From an uncultured Planctomycetia bacterium (GTDB lineage Bacteria > Omnitrophota > Gorgyraeia > Taenaricolales > CAZCCH01): a stretch of 64,000 nucleotides of DNA. The translations under genes and the position numbers were made by a program. The notes below the pieces were generated by a model. The model was not told the DNA's origin. It did no database searches and saw only the letters and a program-made list of their open reading frames with translations. This document shows, piece after piece, positions 35,808 to 45,680 of this stretch. The number at the start of each line of letters is the position of its first letter. Position 1 is the stretch's first letter. The stretch covers positions 17,519 to 81,518 of the forward strand of contig CAZCCH010000002.1 in NCBI GenBank assembly GCA_964497315.1, written 5' to 3'.

Positions 35808-36896
35808 TTATTGCTCCTGCCAGGCTAGTACTTTATACTCACCTTCTTTATCAAACTCTAATACAGCCATTATTTGCTTAAGGGCTCTATCTACCTCAGC
35901 GCGTGCTTCTACCCTGAATGTATCTGATGCTACATCTAACAAGGTTTTTCCTTTATCCCTTAATGCTTGAAGTCTTTGCCATTCAATTGAGGTGGCACCG
36001 AGGTATGGATCAGGTGTCCATTTTTCATCAAGATTTTTGGTTTCAATTATACCTTCTCCCTGCGAGTCCAATATAACCTCTGTGCCTTTTATGAACCATC
36101 TATCATCGCTAGTACCTACTTCTCCATCATTTCCGGTTCTATATTTCACTATTTTTTCAGCTAATTCCGGTAAAGCTTCTCCTATAGCAGCAGATAGAAC
36201 CTCCTCTGGTGCTGTATTTATATTAAGTTTTCCATCTCCGTAGACAGTTATAAAATTAGCAATGTCAGATAAAATCTCCTCACTTACTCCTCTAACTAAG
36301 AGAAGCTCTTCGATGCAGTCAAATGGTGCATTTTTGCAGCTATAAGCAACATCCTGGCTCTGATAATATATATCCTCCGCACCAAAGGAAACTTTTGTAT
36401 CAGGATCAGAACTAACCTGACTATCCTCATCCCGCCAGTCAATGATACTTGCTGCTATTTGCTTTGCTTCTAGTTCTGATGTTCCCTTTACTTTTAAAAA
36501 AGCCTCAAGCAGCTTAAAATCAGCCTTGTTTATATTTATTTTTGATTTTTCATCCATCAAGCCATATAGGGTAACAAATTCCTGTTGCCCTAAAACATCA
36601 TAGCTTACTGTAAATTTCCCTGCACCAAGAGAAAAATCTTTCAATTGTTCGTTATTCGCCCAGGATTCATTTAATGCATCTACTTGGTAAGAAACTTTTT
36701 CTTTTAATTCTTTTTGTTTTTCAAAGGCAGCTCTTTTTAAAGCTGCCTTTGCCAGATTAAATGCTTTTAACCTATCAGAATGAAATCCGGAAATCTTAAC
36801 ATCCATAGATATGCGTTGACCTAAACTCACAGCAAATATAGTTAAGATCGAAAGTATCCAAAGTGATACGATTAAAATAGATCCTCTCTGTCTCAT
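35808..36896 (-). CDS. gspK: T2SS minor pseudopilin GspK
   Basis: 362 aa. N-terminal RGSILIVSLWILSILTIFAV hydrophobic segment, with the size and position expected for GspK. Confidence 0.7.
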   Translation of the reverse strand: MRQRGSILIVSLWILSILTIFAVSLGQRISMDVKISGFHSDRLKAFNLAKAALKRAAFEKQKELKEKVSYQVDALNESWANNEQLKDFSLGAGKFTVSYDVLGQQEFVTLYGLMDEKSKININKADFKLLEAFLKVKGTSELEAKQIAASIIDWRDEDSQVSSDPDTKVSFGAEDIYYQSQDVAYSCKNAPFDCIEELLLVRGVSEEILSDIANFITVYGDGKLNINTAPEEVLSAAIGEALPELAEKIVKYRTGNDGEVGTSDDRWFIKGTEVILDSQGEGIIETKNLDEKWTPDPYLGATSIEWQRLQALRDKGKTLLDVASDTFRVEARAEVDRALKQIMAVLEFDKEGEYKVLAWQEQ

Positions 36897-37504
36897 GTCT
36901 CTTGACTCACCTCTTCTGCGCCAATAACACCTGTTGGTATTATAACATATTTTGTAAATGTAACATCAGGCTTTAAAATAATTGTTATCCTAACACCCTT
37001 TGGGGCCTTTTCTTTAGGAAGCCATGCTCCCTGCCAAAAGAAGCTACCTTCAACATCTTCGCTCTTATAGCGGTATTCCAAATTTAAGCTCTTTACATTT
37101 TGAATTAGTTCTTCTGACGCACTCTCTGTGCCGCCCTCACCTAGCAAGGCCTTCAAATCTTTTTGATGTCTCATTAATTTATCATCTTCTAAATAATATC
37201 TGACTTTATAAATATTTCCAAACGCTGATTTTTTCTGTAGCGGGGGGCTTGCAAGCAAAACAAATCCCATTTCTTTGGCTTGGCCTTCAAAAATCCATTT
37301 ATCACTTGCTAGGCTATTGCGCAATTCGTTAGCCATCAATTCAAGCGTTACTCGCGCATCTTGATAAAGGCAGCTTGAGCTTTCAGTCTTTTTCCATGCT
37401 AGCATGCCTGTCGTAAAACACGAATAAACAGCTATGGCCACCACTGAAAAAATAACTACGGCAATACACAGTTCTATAAAAGTAAACCCTTTTCTGTTTT
37501 TCAT
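36893..37504 (-). CDS. gspJ: T2SS minor pseudopilin GspJ
   Basis: 203 aa with a prepilin-type N-terminus (KGFTFIELCIAVVIFSVVA). Confidence 0.7.
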   Translation of the reverse strand: MKNRKGFTFIELCIAVVIFSVVAIAVYSCFTTGMLAWKKTESSSCLYQDARVTLELMANELRNSLASDKWIFEGQAKEMGFVLLASPPLQKKSAFGNIYKVRYYLEDDKLMRHQKDLKALLGEGGTESASEELIQNVKSLNLEYRYKSEDVEGSFFWQGAWLPKEKAPKGVRITIILKPDVTFTKYVIIPTGVIGAEEVSQET

Positions 37505-37869
37505 CTTTTTAAATACGTAACCACATCTAAATCATGCAATTTTTCAGCTCTTTCCCATGCAACAGTAAGTGTAACTTCATTTAAGCTTGCATCTTCTAAG
37601 GCTTTAGATTTTAAAACCCAAGAATAATCTTTGTATCCTTCACCGAAATCCCCGCTTTGTACCTCTGTTTCTAAAATTTCGCCTGTTTCAAGCTGGAACA
37701 TTTTTGCCTCAATTAGACTACTTGCTATTATATAGTCTTGTGAAACCCTCGCTGCATCTATGATGCTAAAAAAAGAATTTAAGGTCAGAGTAATACCCAA
37801 AGATAAAACAGCCACAGCTACCATGGCCTCAAATAGCAAAAATCCTTTATTCTGTGATAATTTTAACAC
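37501..37869 (-). CDS. gspI: T2SS minor pseudopilin GspI
   Basis: 122 aa with a prepilin-type N-terminus (KGFLLFEAMVAVAVLSLG). Confidence 0.7.
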   Translation of the reverse strand: MLKLSQNKGFLLFEAMVAVAVLSLGITLTLNSFFSIIDAARVSQDYIIASSLIEAKMFQLETGEILETEVQSGDFGEGYKDYSWVLKSKALEDASLNEVTLTVAWERAEKLHDLDVVTYLKR

Positions 37870-38311
37870 TTCCCCTTGGTCCTTTTGTGGTTAGCTTATT
37901 AGTTTTTCCGTTCACATTGGTTAATGAAATATTTACTTTATCAGAGCTGCCATCAGGGTAGAAAGATATATGTGGTGATTTACTAAATATGGTTATCTCT
38001 CTTGGCAAAAAATACACCTTTCCAAACTTTCCTTCTACATCTTCGAATTCTCTATCCTCCTTAGAGCTTAACTTCAACCTATTAAGCCAGTATCTATTTT
38101 TATCTACATCTAAGTTCAGTCTATAGGGAGACCTTTCAATAATGGCTCGTTGTCGTGCGTACCTAGCAAGAGAAACTATGCCTTGCGAAGAAGTTGTAAG
38201 TTGAATATCACTAAAAGTTCTTCTAAACAATGGTATTGAAAGACCTGCTAATATACCTATGATAGCAGTCACTAACATTAACTCGATAAATGTAAATCCC
38301 ACCTTCCTCAT
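37847..38311 (-). CDS. gspH: T2SS minor pseudopilin GspH
   Basis: 154 aa with a prepilin-type N-terminus (GFTFIELMLVTAIIGILAGLSIP). Confidence 0.7.
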   Translation of the reverse strand: MRKVGFTFIELMLVTAIIGILAGLSIPLFRRTFSDIQLTTSSQGIVSLARYARQRAIIERSPYRLNLDVDKNRYWLNRLKLSSKEDREFEDVEGKFGKVYFLPREITIFSKSPHISFYPDGSSDKVNISLTNVNGKTNKLTTKGPRGSVKIITE

Positions 38312-38751
38312 TCAACAGACCCTACTTCCTCCCAATTTGTTATATCATCTCCACCACCATCAGCACCATCAGGTCCATAGGAATAAAGGTCATAATCGCT
38401 TACATTGTGTCCCCCAGGAGACTTATAAATATAGGGCCTCCTCCATGGATCAAGGGGCTTTTTCTTTAAATAAGGTCCGTTCCAATTTGTTGGAACTGGT
38501 GATGAGGAAGGTTTGCGCAAAAGGGCATCTAGGTCCTGTTCTGTAGTAGGATAGTTTCCATTGTCTAATTCATACAAGTCTAAAGCCAAGGCAATGCTAG
38601 CTTCAATATCTGCACGTGCCGCTGAAGAGCGCGCCTGCTCAGACCTACCTGCTAACCTTGGAACTACCATAGCTACTAAAATACCAATTATTACCACAAC
38701 CAACATAAGTTCAACTAATGTAAATGCTCTCCTATTCATAGCTACCTCCAA
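38308..38751 (-). CDS. gspG: T2SS major pseudopilin GspG
   Basis: 147 aa. RAFTLVELMLVVVIIGILVAMVVPRL plus the GspG box (ARADIEASIALALDLYELDNGNYPTTEQ). Confidence 0.85.
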   Translation of the reverse strand: MEVAMNRRAFTLVELMLVVVIIGILVAMVVPRLAGRSEQARSSAARADIEASIALALDLYELDNGNYPTTEQDLDALLRKPSSSPVPTNWNGPYLKKKPLDPWRRPYIYKSPGGHNVSDYDLYSYGPDGADGGGDDITNWEEVGSVE

Positions 38752-38752
38752 A

Positions 38753-39970
38753 TTATCTAGCCAAAAGGTTAATTTGAAATATTGGCAAAAGCATTGATAT
38801 CACTATAAACCCAACGATTGCACCTAACATTAATATCATAATTGGCTCAAGCAAGGAAGTCAAAGTTTTTACAGCTCTACCTACATCCCTTTCATAGGTA
38901 TCTGCTACCTTTAACAAAACCTTCTCAAGCTGACCACCCTTTTCTCCAATATGCACCATATTGGTTACAAAGGTGGGAAAAATGGGATTTATTTTTAAAG
39001 ATGCTGAAAAATCAGCTCCATCAGCAACTTCTTTTGCTATCCTTTCTAAATCTTGTTTTAAGACTTCATTTTCTATTGTTTTTGCAGCTACATCAAGTGC
39101 TTTTAATATCGGAACGCCATTAGCCAATAATGCTCCAAGCGTTCTTGTAAATCTTGCAATTTCTGCCTTTTTAACAATAGGTCCTATTAGAAAAAGCGAC
39201 ATCTTTACTCTGTGTAAAATCAGCCTACCTTCTTTAGTAGAAATCCTTCTTTTTATTATAAATCCTACGATTGCTGCCACTGCTGCAATTAACCACCAGA
39301 AATTTATCAAAAAATTACTAATACTAACTAAAAGAGCAGTAGGTAAAGGTAGGACTTGACCCATATCTTCAAACATAGACACAAGCCTTGGGATTACAAA
39401 TATCAAAAGTACTAAGACAGTCCCAAGCCCCACAAACCCCATAAGGGATGGATAAGCCAAGGCAGAACGTACCTTTGTCCTCAAATCATCTTCTGCTTCT
39501 GTAAAGTCTGCGAGCCTATCTAAAACAGGGGCTAATATCCCTCCCACCTCACCTGCTTTGACCATAGAAACATAAAGATTAGAAAAAACCTTTGGGTGCT
39601 TATTTAAAGCCTCTGAGAAATTACCACCGTCTTTTACAAAATCTGCCATGCTGGATGTAATAATCTTTAGTTCTCTATTTTCTACTTGCTGACTTAATAC
39701 CTCAAGTGCACTCAGTATTGTGAGTCCTGAACCTAAAAGGTCTGATATCTGCCTGGTGAATACTGCCAAATCCCTGTATCCAACCCTGTGTTCAAATCTT
39801 GAAAGAGGTGTTTTTCTCTCTTTTTCTTTCTGGTGCTGTTCTTTGATTTCCATAGGATATAGTCCGGATGATTCCAACTTCAACAAGGCCTGTGCTTGTG
39901 TTTCAGCTTCAACAACACCATTTACTATTTGCTTAGGACCTTTTTTTGCTTTATAGAAAAATTTTGGCAT
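38753..39970 (-). CDS. gspF: T2SS inner-membrane platform protein GspF
   Basis: 405 aa with two GspF/PilC repeats and three TM segments. Confidence 0.85.
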   Translation of the reverse strand: MPKFFYKAKKGPKQIVNGVVEAETQAQALLKLESSGLYPMEIKEQHQKEKERKTPLSRFEHRVGYRDLAVFTRQISDLLGSGLTILSALEVLSQQVENRELKIITSSMADFVKDGGNFSEALNKHPKVFSNLYVSMVKAGEVGGILAPVLDRLADFTEAEDDLRTKVRSALAYPSLMGFVGLGTVLVLLIFVIPRLVSMFEDMGQVLPLPTALLVSISNFLINFWWLIAAVAAIVGFIIKRRISTKEGRLILHRVKMSLFLIGPIVKKAEIARFTRTLGALLANGVPILKALDVAAKTIENEVLKQDLERIAKEVADGADFSASLKINPIFPTFVTNMVHIGEKGGQLEKVLLKVADTYERDVGRAVKTLTSLLEPIMILMLGAIVGFIVISMLLPIFQINLLAR

Positions 39971-39976
39971 TTACTT

Positions 39977-41689
39977 TTAAGCCTCGCTCACCCTGGCAAC
40001 TTCACCTATTGTAGTTAGACCTCTGTTAACTTTATCTAGACCATTTAGCCATAACGTAGATATACCCAGTTCAATAGCCTTTTGCTTAATCTTGTCTGCA
40101 GAAACACGCTTTAAGATTAATTCTCTAATGGGTTCTGTTATTATTAAAAATTCATATATGCCGGTTCTTCCTTTGAAACCTGTAAATTTACACTCTTGAC
40201 ACCCCTTACCTTCATAAAACTCCATTTTTGATAAATCACCAATTCTTTTAGTTAATTCATGTTCTCTTTCAAGTTCCTGCAGTAACTCTTTAGAAGGTGC
40301 TACCTTCTGTTTGCATTTTTCACAAATTAACCTGACAAGCCTCTGAGCTATTATGCACTCCACAGAAGAAGCTACTAAAAATGGTTCAATACCCATATCC
40401 AAAAGCCTAGTGACTGCCCCTGAGGCATCATTGGTATGAAGTGTTGAGAACACAAGATGCCCTGTTAGGGCTACCCTTATTGTAATCTCTGCCGTCTCAA
40501 AGTCTCTGACCTCGCCAATCATCATTACATCTGGGTCATGGCGCAGCATAGAGCGTAATCCTTGTGCGAATGTGAGATTTATCTTAGGCATTATTTGAAT
40601 CTGCGTAATGCCTTTAATTTGATATTCAATAGGATCTTCTATTGTAATAATCTTCTTTGTTGCATCATTTATTTTAGTAAGACAAGCATAAAGAGTAGTT
40701 GTTTTTCCACTTCCAGTAGGACCTGTAACAAAGATAATGCCATGTGGCTTTTTAATCATTTGCTCAAGAATAGATAAATCACTCTTGGAAAGCCCCAGCT
40801 TCTCCAAGCTATACAACATTCCACTTGTAAGAATTCTTATATCAACACTTTCACCATGAGGGGTAGGAAGTGTTGAAACCCTCAAATCTAGGACAGCATC
40901 ACCAATTCTTACTTTAATCCTTCCATCTTGCGGTAGGCGACGTTCTGCTATATTAAGGCCTGCCATAATCTTTATCCTTGAAACAATGGCAGGCTGAAAG
41001 TATTTAATTGTATGCGGTATGGCCGTATCATAAAGAACACCGTCCACCCTATATCTCACCCTTGACTCATCTTCAAAAGGCTCTATGTGAATGTCTGTTG
41101 CCCTCTCCTTATAGGCTTGTAAGAGCAGTTGATTAACAAATGTCACTATTGATGCATCTTCAGCCATCTCCTTTATATCTTCAGTAGCAGTAGAACTCAA
41201 GGTCAATTCTTCCTTGCTTGCTGCCTCATCTATAATCTTCTCAATGGTATCAGCACCTATGCCATAATAACGCCTTATGGCATCTAAAATATCATTTTCA
41301 CCGGCTAATACAGGCTTTATTTCAAAACCCAGAAGGAGCTTTATATCATCTAAGGTATGGATATCCATAGGATTGGCAACTGCAATGGTTAAGACATTTG
41401 CTTCCTGAGATATCGGGATTAATTTATAGTGGCAGGCAAACTTGGCGGGAACCTTCTCTATCAATGATGGTTCAATGTGTGTATTTTCTAGCCTTACATG
41501 AGGAATGTGTAATTGCTCAGAAAGTACTGGTAATAATTTCTCTTCTGTCAAAAATCCTAGTTTGACTAACGTACTTCCTAAAAACTGGCCGGTAGTTGCT
41601 TGTTCTTTTAAAGCAACTTCTAATTGCTCATTACTGATTAAACCCTTCTGAACAAGTACTTGGCCTAAAAGTAAATTATCTTTAGGCAT
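39977..41689 (-). CDS. gspE: T2SS assembly ATPase GspE with an N-terminal MshEN-type domain
   Basis: 570 aa with Walker A GPTGSGKTT, Asp box, Walker B, His box and a tetracysteine motif (CEKC...CQEC). The N-terminus LLGQVLVQKGLISNEQLEVALKEQ matches the MshEN c-di-GMP-binding motif. Confidence 0.9.
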   Translation of the reverse strand: MPKDNLLLGQVLVQKGLISNEQLEVALKEQATTGQFLGSTLVKLGFLTEEKLLPVLSEQLHIPHVRLENTHIEPSLIEKVPAKFACHYKLIPISQEANVLTIAVANPMDIHTLDDIKLLLGFEIKPVLAGENDILDAIRRYYGIGADTIEKIIDEAASKEELTLSSTATEDIKEMAEDASIVTFVNQLLLQAYKERATDIHIEPFEDESRVRYRVDGVLYDTAIPHTIKYFQPAIVSRIKIMAGLNIAERRLPQDGRIKVRIGDAVLDLRVSTLPTPHGESVDIRILTSGMLYSLEKLGLSKSDLSILEQMIKKPHGIIFVTGPTGSGKTTTLYACLTKINDATKKIITIEDPIEYQIKGITQIQIMPKINLTFAQGLRSMLRHDPDVMMIGEVRDFETAEITIRVALTGHLVFSTLHTNDASGAVTRLLDMGIEPFLVASSVECIIAQRLVRLICEKCKQKVAPSKELLQELEREHELTKRIGDLSKMEFYEGKGCQECKFTGFKGRTGIYEFLIITEPIRELILKRVSADKIKQKAIELGISTLWLNGLDKVNRGLTTIGEVARVSEA

Positions 41690-41692
41690 ATA

Positions 41693-43006
41693 TTATCTCC
41701 CTATAAGAGCTAAATTATCATAAATAAAGGGCTTTGTCAATCGCACAATAGATCCAAAGGTTGCACTTTCAGTCACCTTTGTTATTTTAACTGGTACTAT
41801 CTGGTTTATCGAATTCTTTTCTGCCGCAAATGAAACCTCAATATATGTATCTGTATAGCCTGAATACAAGTTATTCTTCTTATCTTTCATTTTGTGTATT
41901 AAAACCGGGAGAGTCTTACCGAGAAATTTATTTCTGTATTCAAAAGAACTTTTTCCTGTAACTTCCTTCATTTTAACCAATCTTTTTTTCATTACATTAC
42001 GAGGTGTCTGGTCTTTCATATTAAAGGCTTCTGTCCCTTCTCTTTGGCTATAACGAAATATATGAGATCTACCTGGTGCAATCTTTTTGATAGCCTTTAT
42101 TGTATTTTCAAAAGCAAACTCACTCTCTCCAGGAAAACCTATCATGACATCTGTTGTAATTGCAATATCCGGGATAAATTCTCTGGCCTTTTTTACTTTC
42201 TTAAAAAATTCACTTGCAGTATACCTTCTATTCATCCGATGCAAAATTTCATCATCGCCACTTTGAAGTGGTATGTGTAAATGTGGACAGATTTTTTTAG
42301 AATCTGCTATTTTTTTTAATAAGTCTTCTGTTACATAAATTAACTCAATAGAGCTTAAGCGAATTCTTTCAAGGCCTTGTATTTTTTCTAAGTCCGACAA
42401 TAATCCAACTAAGTCGGGCTTGTATGCACCTAAACATATACCACACAAAACTATCTCTTTAAAACCATTTTGTACAAGTATTTTTACTTCTTCGACAATA
42501 TCCTTACCTGGCCTGCTTTTTGATTTACCACGCACTAAGGATACCTTACAGTAAGAACATTTGTTATTACACCCATCTTGAATTTTAACAAATGCCCTTG
42601 TATGTCCTGAAAAGTTGGTTATATGTTTGCGGGAATTAGATTTTGGGCTAAGGCTTATTGCTTGATTATCGCAAAGACTATTAACGATTTTTACAATGTT
42701 ATCTTTTTGTAAATTTTCGACTATTGCATTAACTCCAGGAATTTTTAAAATTTCCTCTTTGTCTTTTTCAACGTAGCAACCAGTAACAATAACTGCCTTT
42801 GGGTCTTTAAAGGCGCATTCTCTAATTAAGCTCTTTGATTTACTATCTGCCTTTGCTGTGACAGTACAAGTATTTATAATATAAATATCAGCGTCATCTT
42901 CTATATCAGTTTCTTTAAACCCAGCTGATAGCAAAAGTTCTCGCATGGCTTGAGTTTCATACTGGTTGACTTTGCAACCTAAGGTAAAAATTTGAAAGTT
43001 TTTCAT
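41693..43006 (-). CDS. MiaB/RimO-family radical SAM methylthiotransferase (MtaB-like) with a C-terminal TRAM domain
   Basis: 437 aa. N-terminal MTTase domain (IFTLGCKVNQYET), radical SAM CxxxCxxC (CNNKCSYC) and a C-terminal TRAM region. Confidence 0.8.
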   Translation of the reverse strand: MKNFQIFTLGCKVNQYETQAMRELLLSAGFKETDIEDDADIYIINTCTVTAKADSKSKSLIRECAFKDPKAVIVTGCYVEKDKEEILKIPGVNAIVENLQKDNIVKIVNSLCDNQAISLSPKSNSRKHITNFSGHTRAFVKIQDGCNNKCSYCKVSLVRGKSKSRPGKDIVEEVKILVQNGFKEIVLCGICLGAYKPDLVGLLSDLEKIQGLERIRLSSIELIYVTEDLLKKIADSKKICPHLHIPLQSGDDEILHRMNRRYTASEFFKKVKKAREFIPDIAITTDVMIGFPGESEFAFENTIKAIKKIAPGRSHIFRYSQREGTEAFNMKDQTPRNVMKKRLVKMKEVTGKSSFEYRNKFLGKTLPVLIHKMKDKKNNLYSGYTDTYIEVSFAAEKNSINQIVPVKITKVTESATFGSIVRLTKPFIYDNLALIGR

Positions 43007-43041
43007 ATCACTTAAAAACTCTGGCTTTTCCCCTTATTAGA

Positions 43042-43070
43042 TTGACAGGAAGTAGCTTTTCTTGTAGAAT
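43042..43070 (+). promoter_or_regulatory. Near-consensus sigma70 promoter driving the plus-strand glycosylation cluster
   Basis: TTGACA (43042-43047), a 17-nt spacer, then TAGAAT (43065-43070). An AAGGAG RBS precedes the ATG at 43147. Confidence 0.65.
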
Positions 43071-43146
43071 GTCTATAGTGTTATTTTATCAATATTCTAT
43101 CATAAAATATAGTTAATAGCAAAATATTTAAGAAAAAGGAGAACTA

Positions 43147-44325
43147 ATGAGTTTTTCTTCAAAAAGCAATTCAGGGCAAATTGAAGTTTCTGTAGTAATG
43201 CCTTGTTTAAACGAAGCTGATTCAGTGGGAATTTGTATTGAAAAAGCCATTGAGGGCCTTAAGAAAGCTGGCGTTAGTGGAGAAATCATAGTAGTAGATA
43301 ATGGTTCTACTGATAATTCTATCCAAATAGCTAATTCTAAAGGTGCTAGGGTAATAAAAGAACCTATAAAGGGTTACGGAAGTGCTTATATAACAGGTAT
43401 TAGACATGCTAAAGGAAAATATGTGGTTATGGGTGACGCTGACGACAGTTACGATTTTACCCAAATAGAAAAATTTTTAAAACCCTTGCAAAAAGGCTCT
43501 GATCTCGTCATGGGGTCAAGGCTTAAAGGTGAAATACTCAAGGGTGCTATGCCTTGGACACACCGCTATATTGGAAACCCTTTCCTCACCAGCTTCCTGC
43601 AATTTCTATTCCACACAAAGGTATCTGATGCTCACTGCGGAATGCGTGCCTTTAGTAAAGAGGCATTTGATAAAGTTGGGTTTAAAACCAAAGGTATGGA
43701 GTTTGCCTCAGAGATGATAGTTAAAGCCTTGCGAGCTGGTCTAAAAATTAAAGAAGTACCTATTAAATACCATCCGCGTAGAGGTAAATCTAAGTTAGTT
43801 CCTATGGAAGATGCCTGGCGGCATATGCGTTTTATGCTCCTTTTTAGTCCAACGCACTTATTTCTGCTTCCGGGGCTATTTTTATTTATCTTGGGCATAA
43901 TAGGGTTAATAGCATTATTGCCTGGACCGCTGCCTCTTGGATTTCATAAATACGATATACACTTTATGATAATGTCTAGCCTGATGACCATATTGGGTTT
44001 TCAGGTTATAAATCTAGGGTTTTATGCTAAGGTATTTTCCTTCCAAGAAGGTTATATTAAGCTTAGTGAAGACAGAGTTGTAAGTTTTCTTTCTAAAATA
44101 TTCAATTTAGAAAAGGGATTATTGATAGGTCTTTTAATTCTTTTGGCTGGATTAGGAATTAATATCTTTATCTTATGGAAATGGATCCTATCAAATTTTG
44201 GAGAACTTTTCGAAGTAAGACGTGCCCTATTTGCATTAACTCTTATGGTTATAGGCACGCAAACCATTTTTTCTTCTTTTTTCTTAAGCCTATTGGGAGT
44301 TGAACATTTTGAAACAGAAAAATAA
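43147..44325 (+). CDS. GT2 polyprenyl-phosphate glycosyltransferase (DPM1/ArnC/GtrB-like) with a C-terminal four-TM domain
   Basis: 392 aa. The GT-A fold has VVMPCLNEA...VVDNGSTD...DADDS (DxD). Confidence 0.8.
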   Translation: MSFSSKSNSGQIEVSVVMPCLNEADSVGICIEKAIEGLKKAGVSGEIIVVDNGSTDNSIQIANSKGARVIKEPIKGYGSAYITGIRHAKGKYVVMGDADDSYDFTQIEKFLKPLQKGSDLVMGSRLKGEILKGAMPWTHRYIGNPFLTSFLQFLFHTKVSDAHCGMRAFSKEAFDKVGFKTKGMEFASEMIVKALRAGLKIKEVPIKYHPRRGKSKLVPMEDAWRHMRFMLLFSPTHLFLLPGLFLFILGIIGLIALLPGPLPLGFHKYDIHFMIMSSLMTILGFQVINLGFYAKVFSFQEGYIKLSEDRVVSFLSKIFNLEKGLLIGLLILLAGLGINIFILWKWILSNFGELFEVRRALFALTLMVIGTQTIFSSFFLSLLGVEHFETEK

Positions 44326-45652
44326 CAATTTAATTTCAAGCATTCTACCTATTGTTCTAATCCTCCTTTTTGCTTTCTTTCTCAGAATCCCCACCTTTTG
44401 GCTTTCACACACAAACTATGATGAAATGGCATATCTTAGCCTAGCCTTAAAATTAGATAAATTCGGATTTAAAGACTTTAACAATACATATAATTTACGG
44501 AACGTTGATATTATGCGCACGAGGAATCTCGGCGGGCCCTTTTCTTCAGAAAAAGAAATGGGTAACATATTAACTGGTTCAGGGGTAACTTATGAAGCCA
44601 AATCACCTAACCACCGCCCACCTTTATTTAGTTATCTATTGATGCAATCTCATCGTTTTTTTCTTAAAGATAGGCCGTACTTAGTAGCGAATAAAAATCT
44701 CAGTCTAAAATCTCCATTTTTAGTGCAATTGCACGCAGTAATTATTCCTCTGATTTTTAGTCTTGCTCTTATCTTTTTTACATACCTTCTAGGTAAACAC
44801 TTATTTTCACAAAAGGTAGGGGTGTATGCGGCACTATTCATGAGCTTATCTCCAATTGATTTATTGGTTTCTCAAAGGGTTTGGGCTGGAGATCTTCTTG
44901 CATGCCTTACCACGCTAGCTGTTCTTTTTTACTGGCTTGGCTTGAAGAAAAATAAAGTGATTTTTTCTATTTTAGCTGGAATCTCAGTGGGGTTAGCTAT
45001 ATCTACTAAGATGACTGGTATGTTTGCAATAATTGCAATTCTTTCCTTTCATATCTGGCGCACTAGAGGAGAATGGTTAAGATTTAATTTAAAACCTTTA
45101 TTCTTAGATAGGCATATTATCAGTTTATTGCTAGCAGCATTCTTGACCTCAGGCCCCTGGCTTTACATCTATTACGAAGGAAGAATCCCTTTCATTCAAA
45201 CATCAGCAAAAATTCCTACGGGTTCTTTTGAAAAACTAACTCCTTGGCTAAGTTTTACTGCTACCAGACCCTGGTATATGTATTTAATAAATCCTGTAGT
45301 CCAACTGCCTGTATTTATTTTTGCCTACTGGATATTTGCCGAAGCATTCTTCAAGAAGAAACAAAATGATGGAAGCATGCTATTGTTTTTTTGGTTTTTA
45401 ACAACAGTTTTTGTGCTTTCCTTCTTGGTCTCTTGGAGTGAATTAAGGTATCTGCTACCTACATATCCATCATTGGCTATCTTAGCAAGTAAATACTTAT
45501 TACAGCTCTACGATTATTTAGAAAAATACTTAAAGACATGGAGCATGCAATTGTTGTTCATTGTCTTAATGCTACTAAATGGATATCAAGCCCTTAGGTT
45601 GGCAATTCCGCTTATAGTTGCCAGAGCTATTGCAATTCCTATTCCATTTTAA
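44300..45652 (+). CDS. GT-C family glycosyltransferase (PMT / ArnT / GT39-GT83-like)
   Basis: 450 aa polytopic membrane protein with an extracytoplasmic first-loop acidic motif (YDEMAY), typical of polyprenyl-P-sugar-dependent GT-C enzymes. Confidence 0.7.
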   Translation: MNILKQKNNNLISSILPIVLILLFAFFLRIPTFWLSHTNYDEMAYLSLALKLDKFGFKDFNNTYNLRNVDIMRTRNLGGPFSSEKEMGNILTGSGVTYEAKSPNHRPPLFSYLLMQSHRFFLKDRPYLVANKNLSLKSPFLVQLHAVIIPLIFSLALIFFTYLLGKHLFSQKVGVYAALFMSLSPIDLLVSQRVWAGDLLACLTTLAVLFYWLGLKKNKVIFSILAGISVGLAISTKMTGMFAIIAILSFHIWRTRGEWLRFNLKPLFLDRHIISLLLAAFLTSGPWLYIYYEGRIPFIQTSAKIPTGSFEKLTPWLSFTATRPWYMYLINPVVQLPVFIFAYWIFAEAFFKKKQNDGSMLLFFWFLTTVFVLSFLVSWSELRYLLPTYPSLAILASKYLLQLYDYLEKYLKTWSMQLLFIVLMLLNGYQALRLAIPLIVARAIAIPIPF

Positions 45653-45680
45653 GCTTCGACCATTTTTTAACAAAAATCAA

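Noticed and set aside
38259-38546. A His-rich 95-aa plus-strand ORF (HHHQHHQVH) overlapping gspH and gspG.
   Set aside because: It is antisense to two pseudopilin genes that have canonical prepilin N-termini. The His run arises from the reverse complement of pilin codons.
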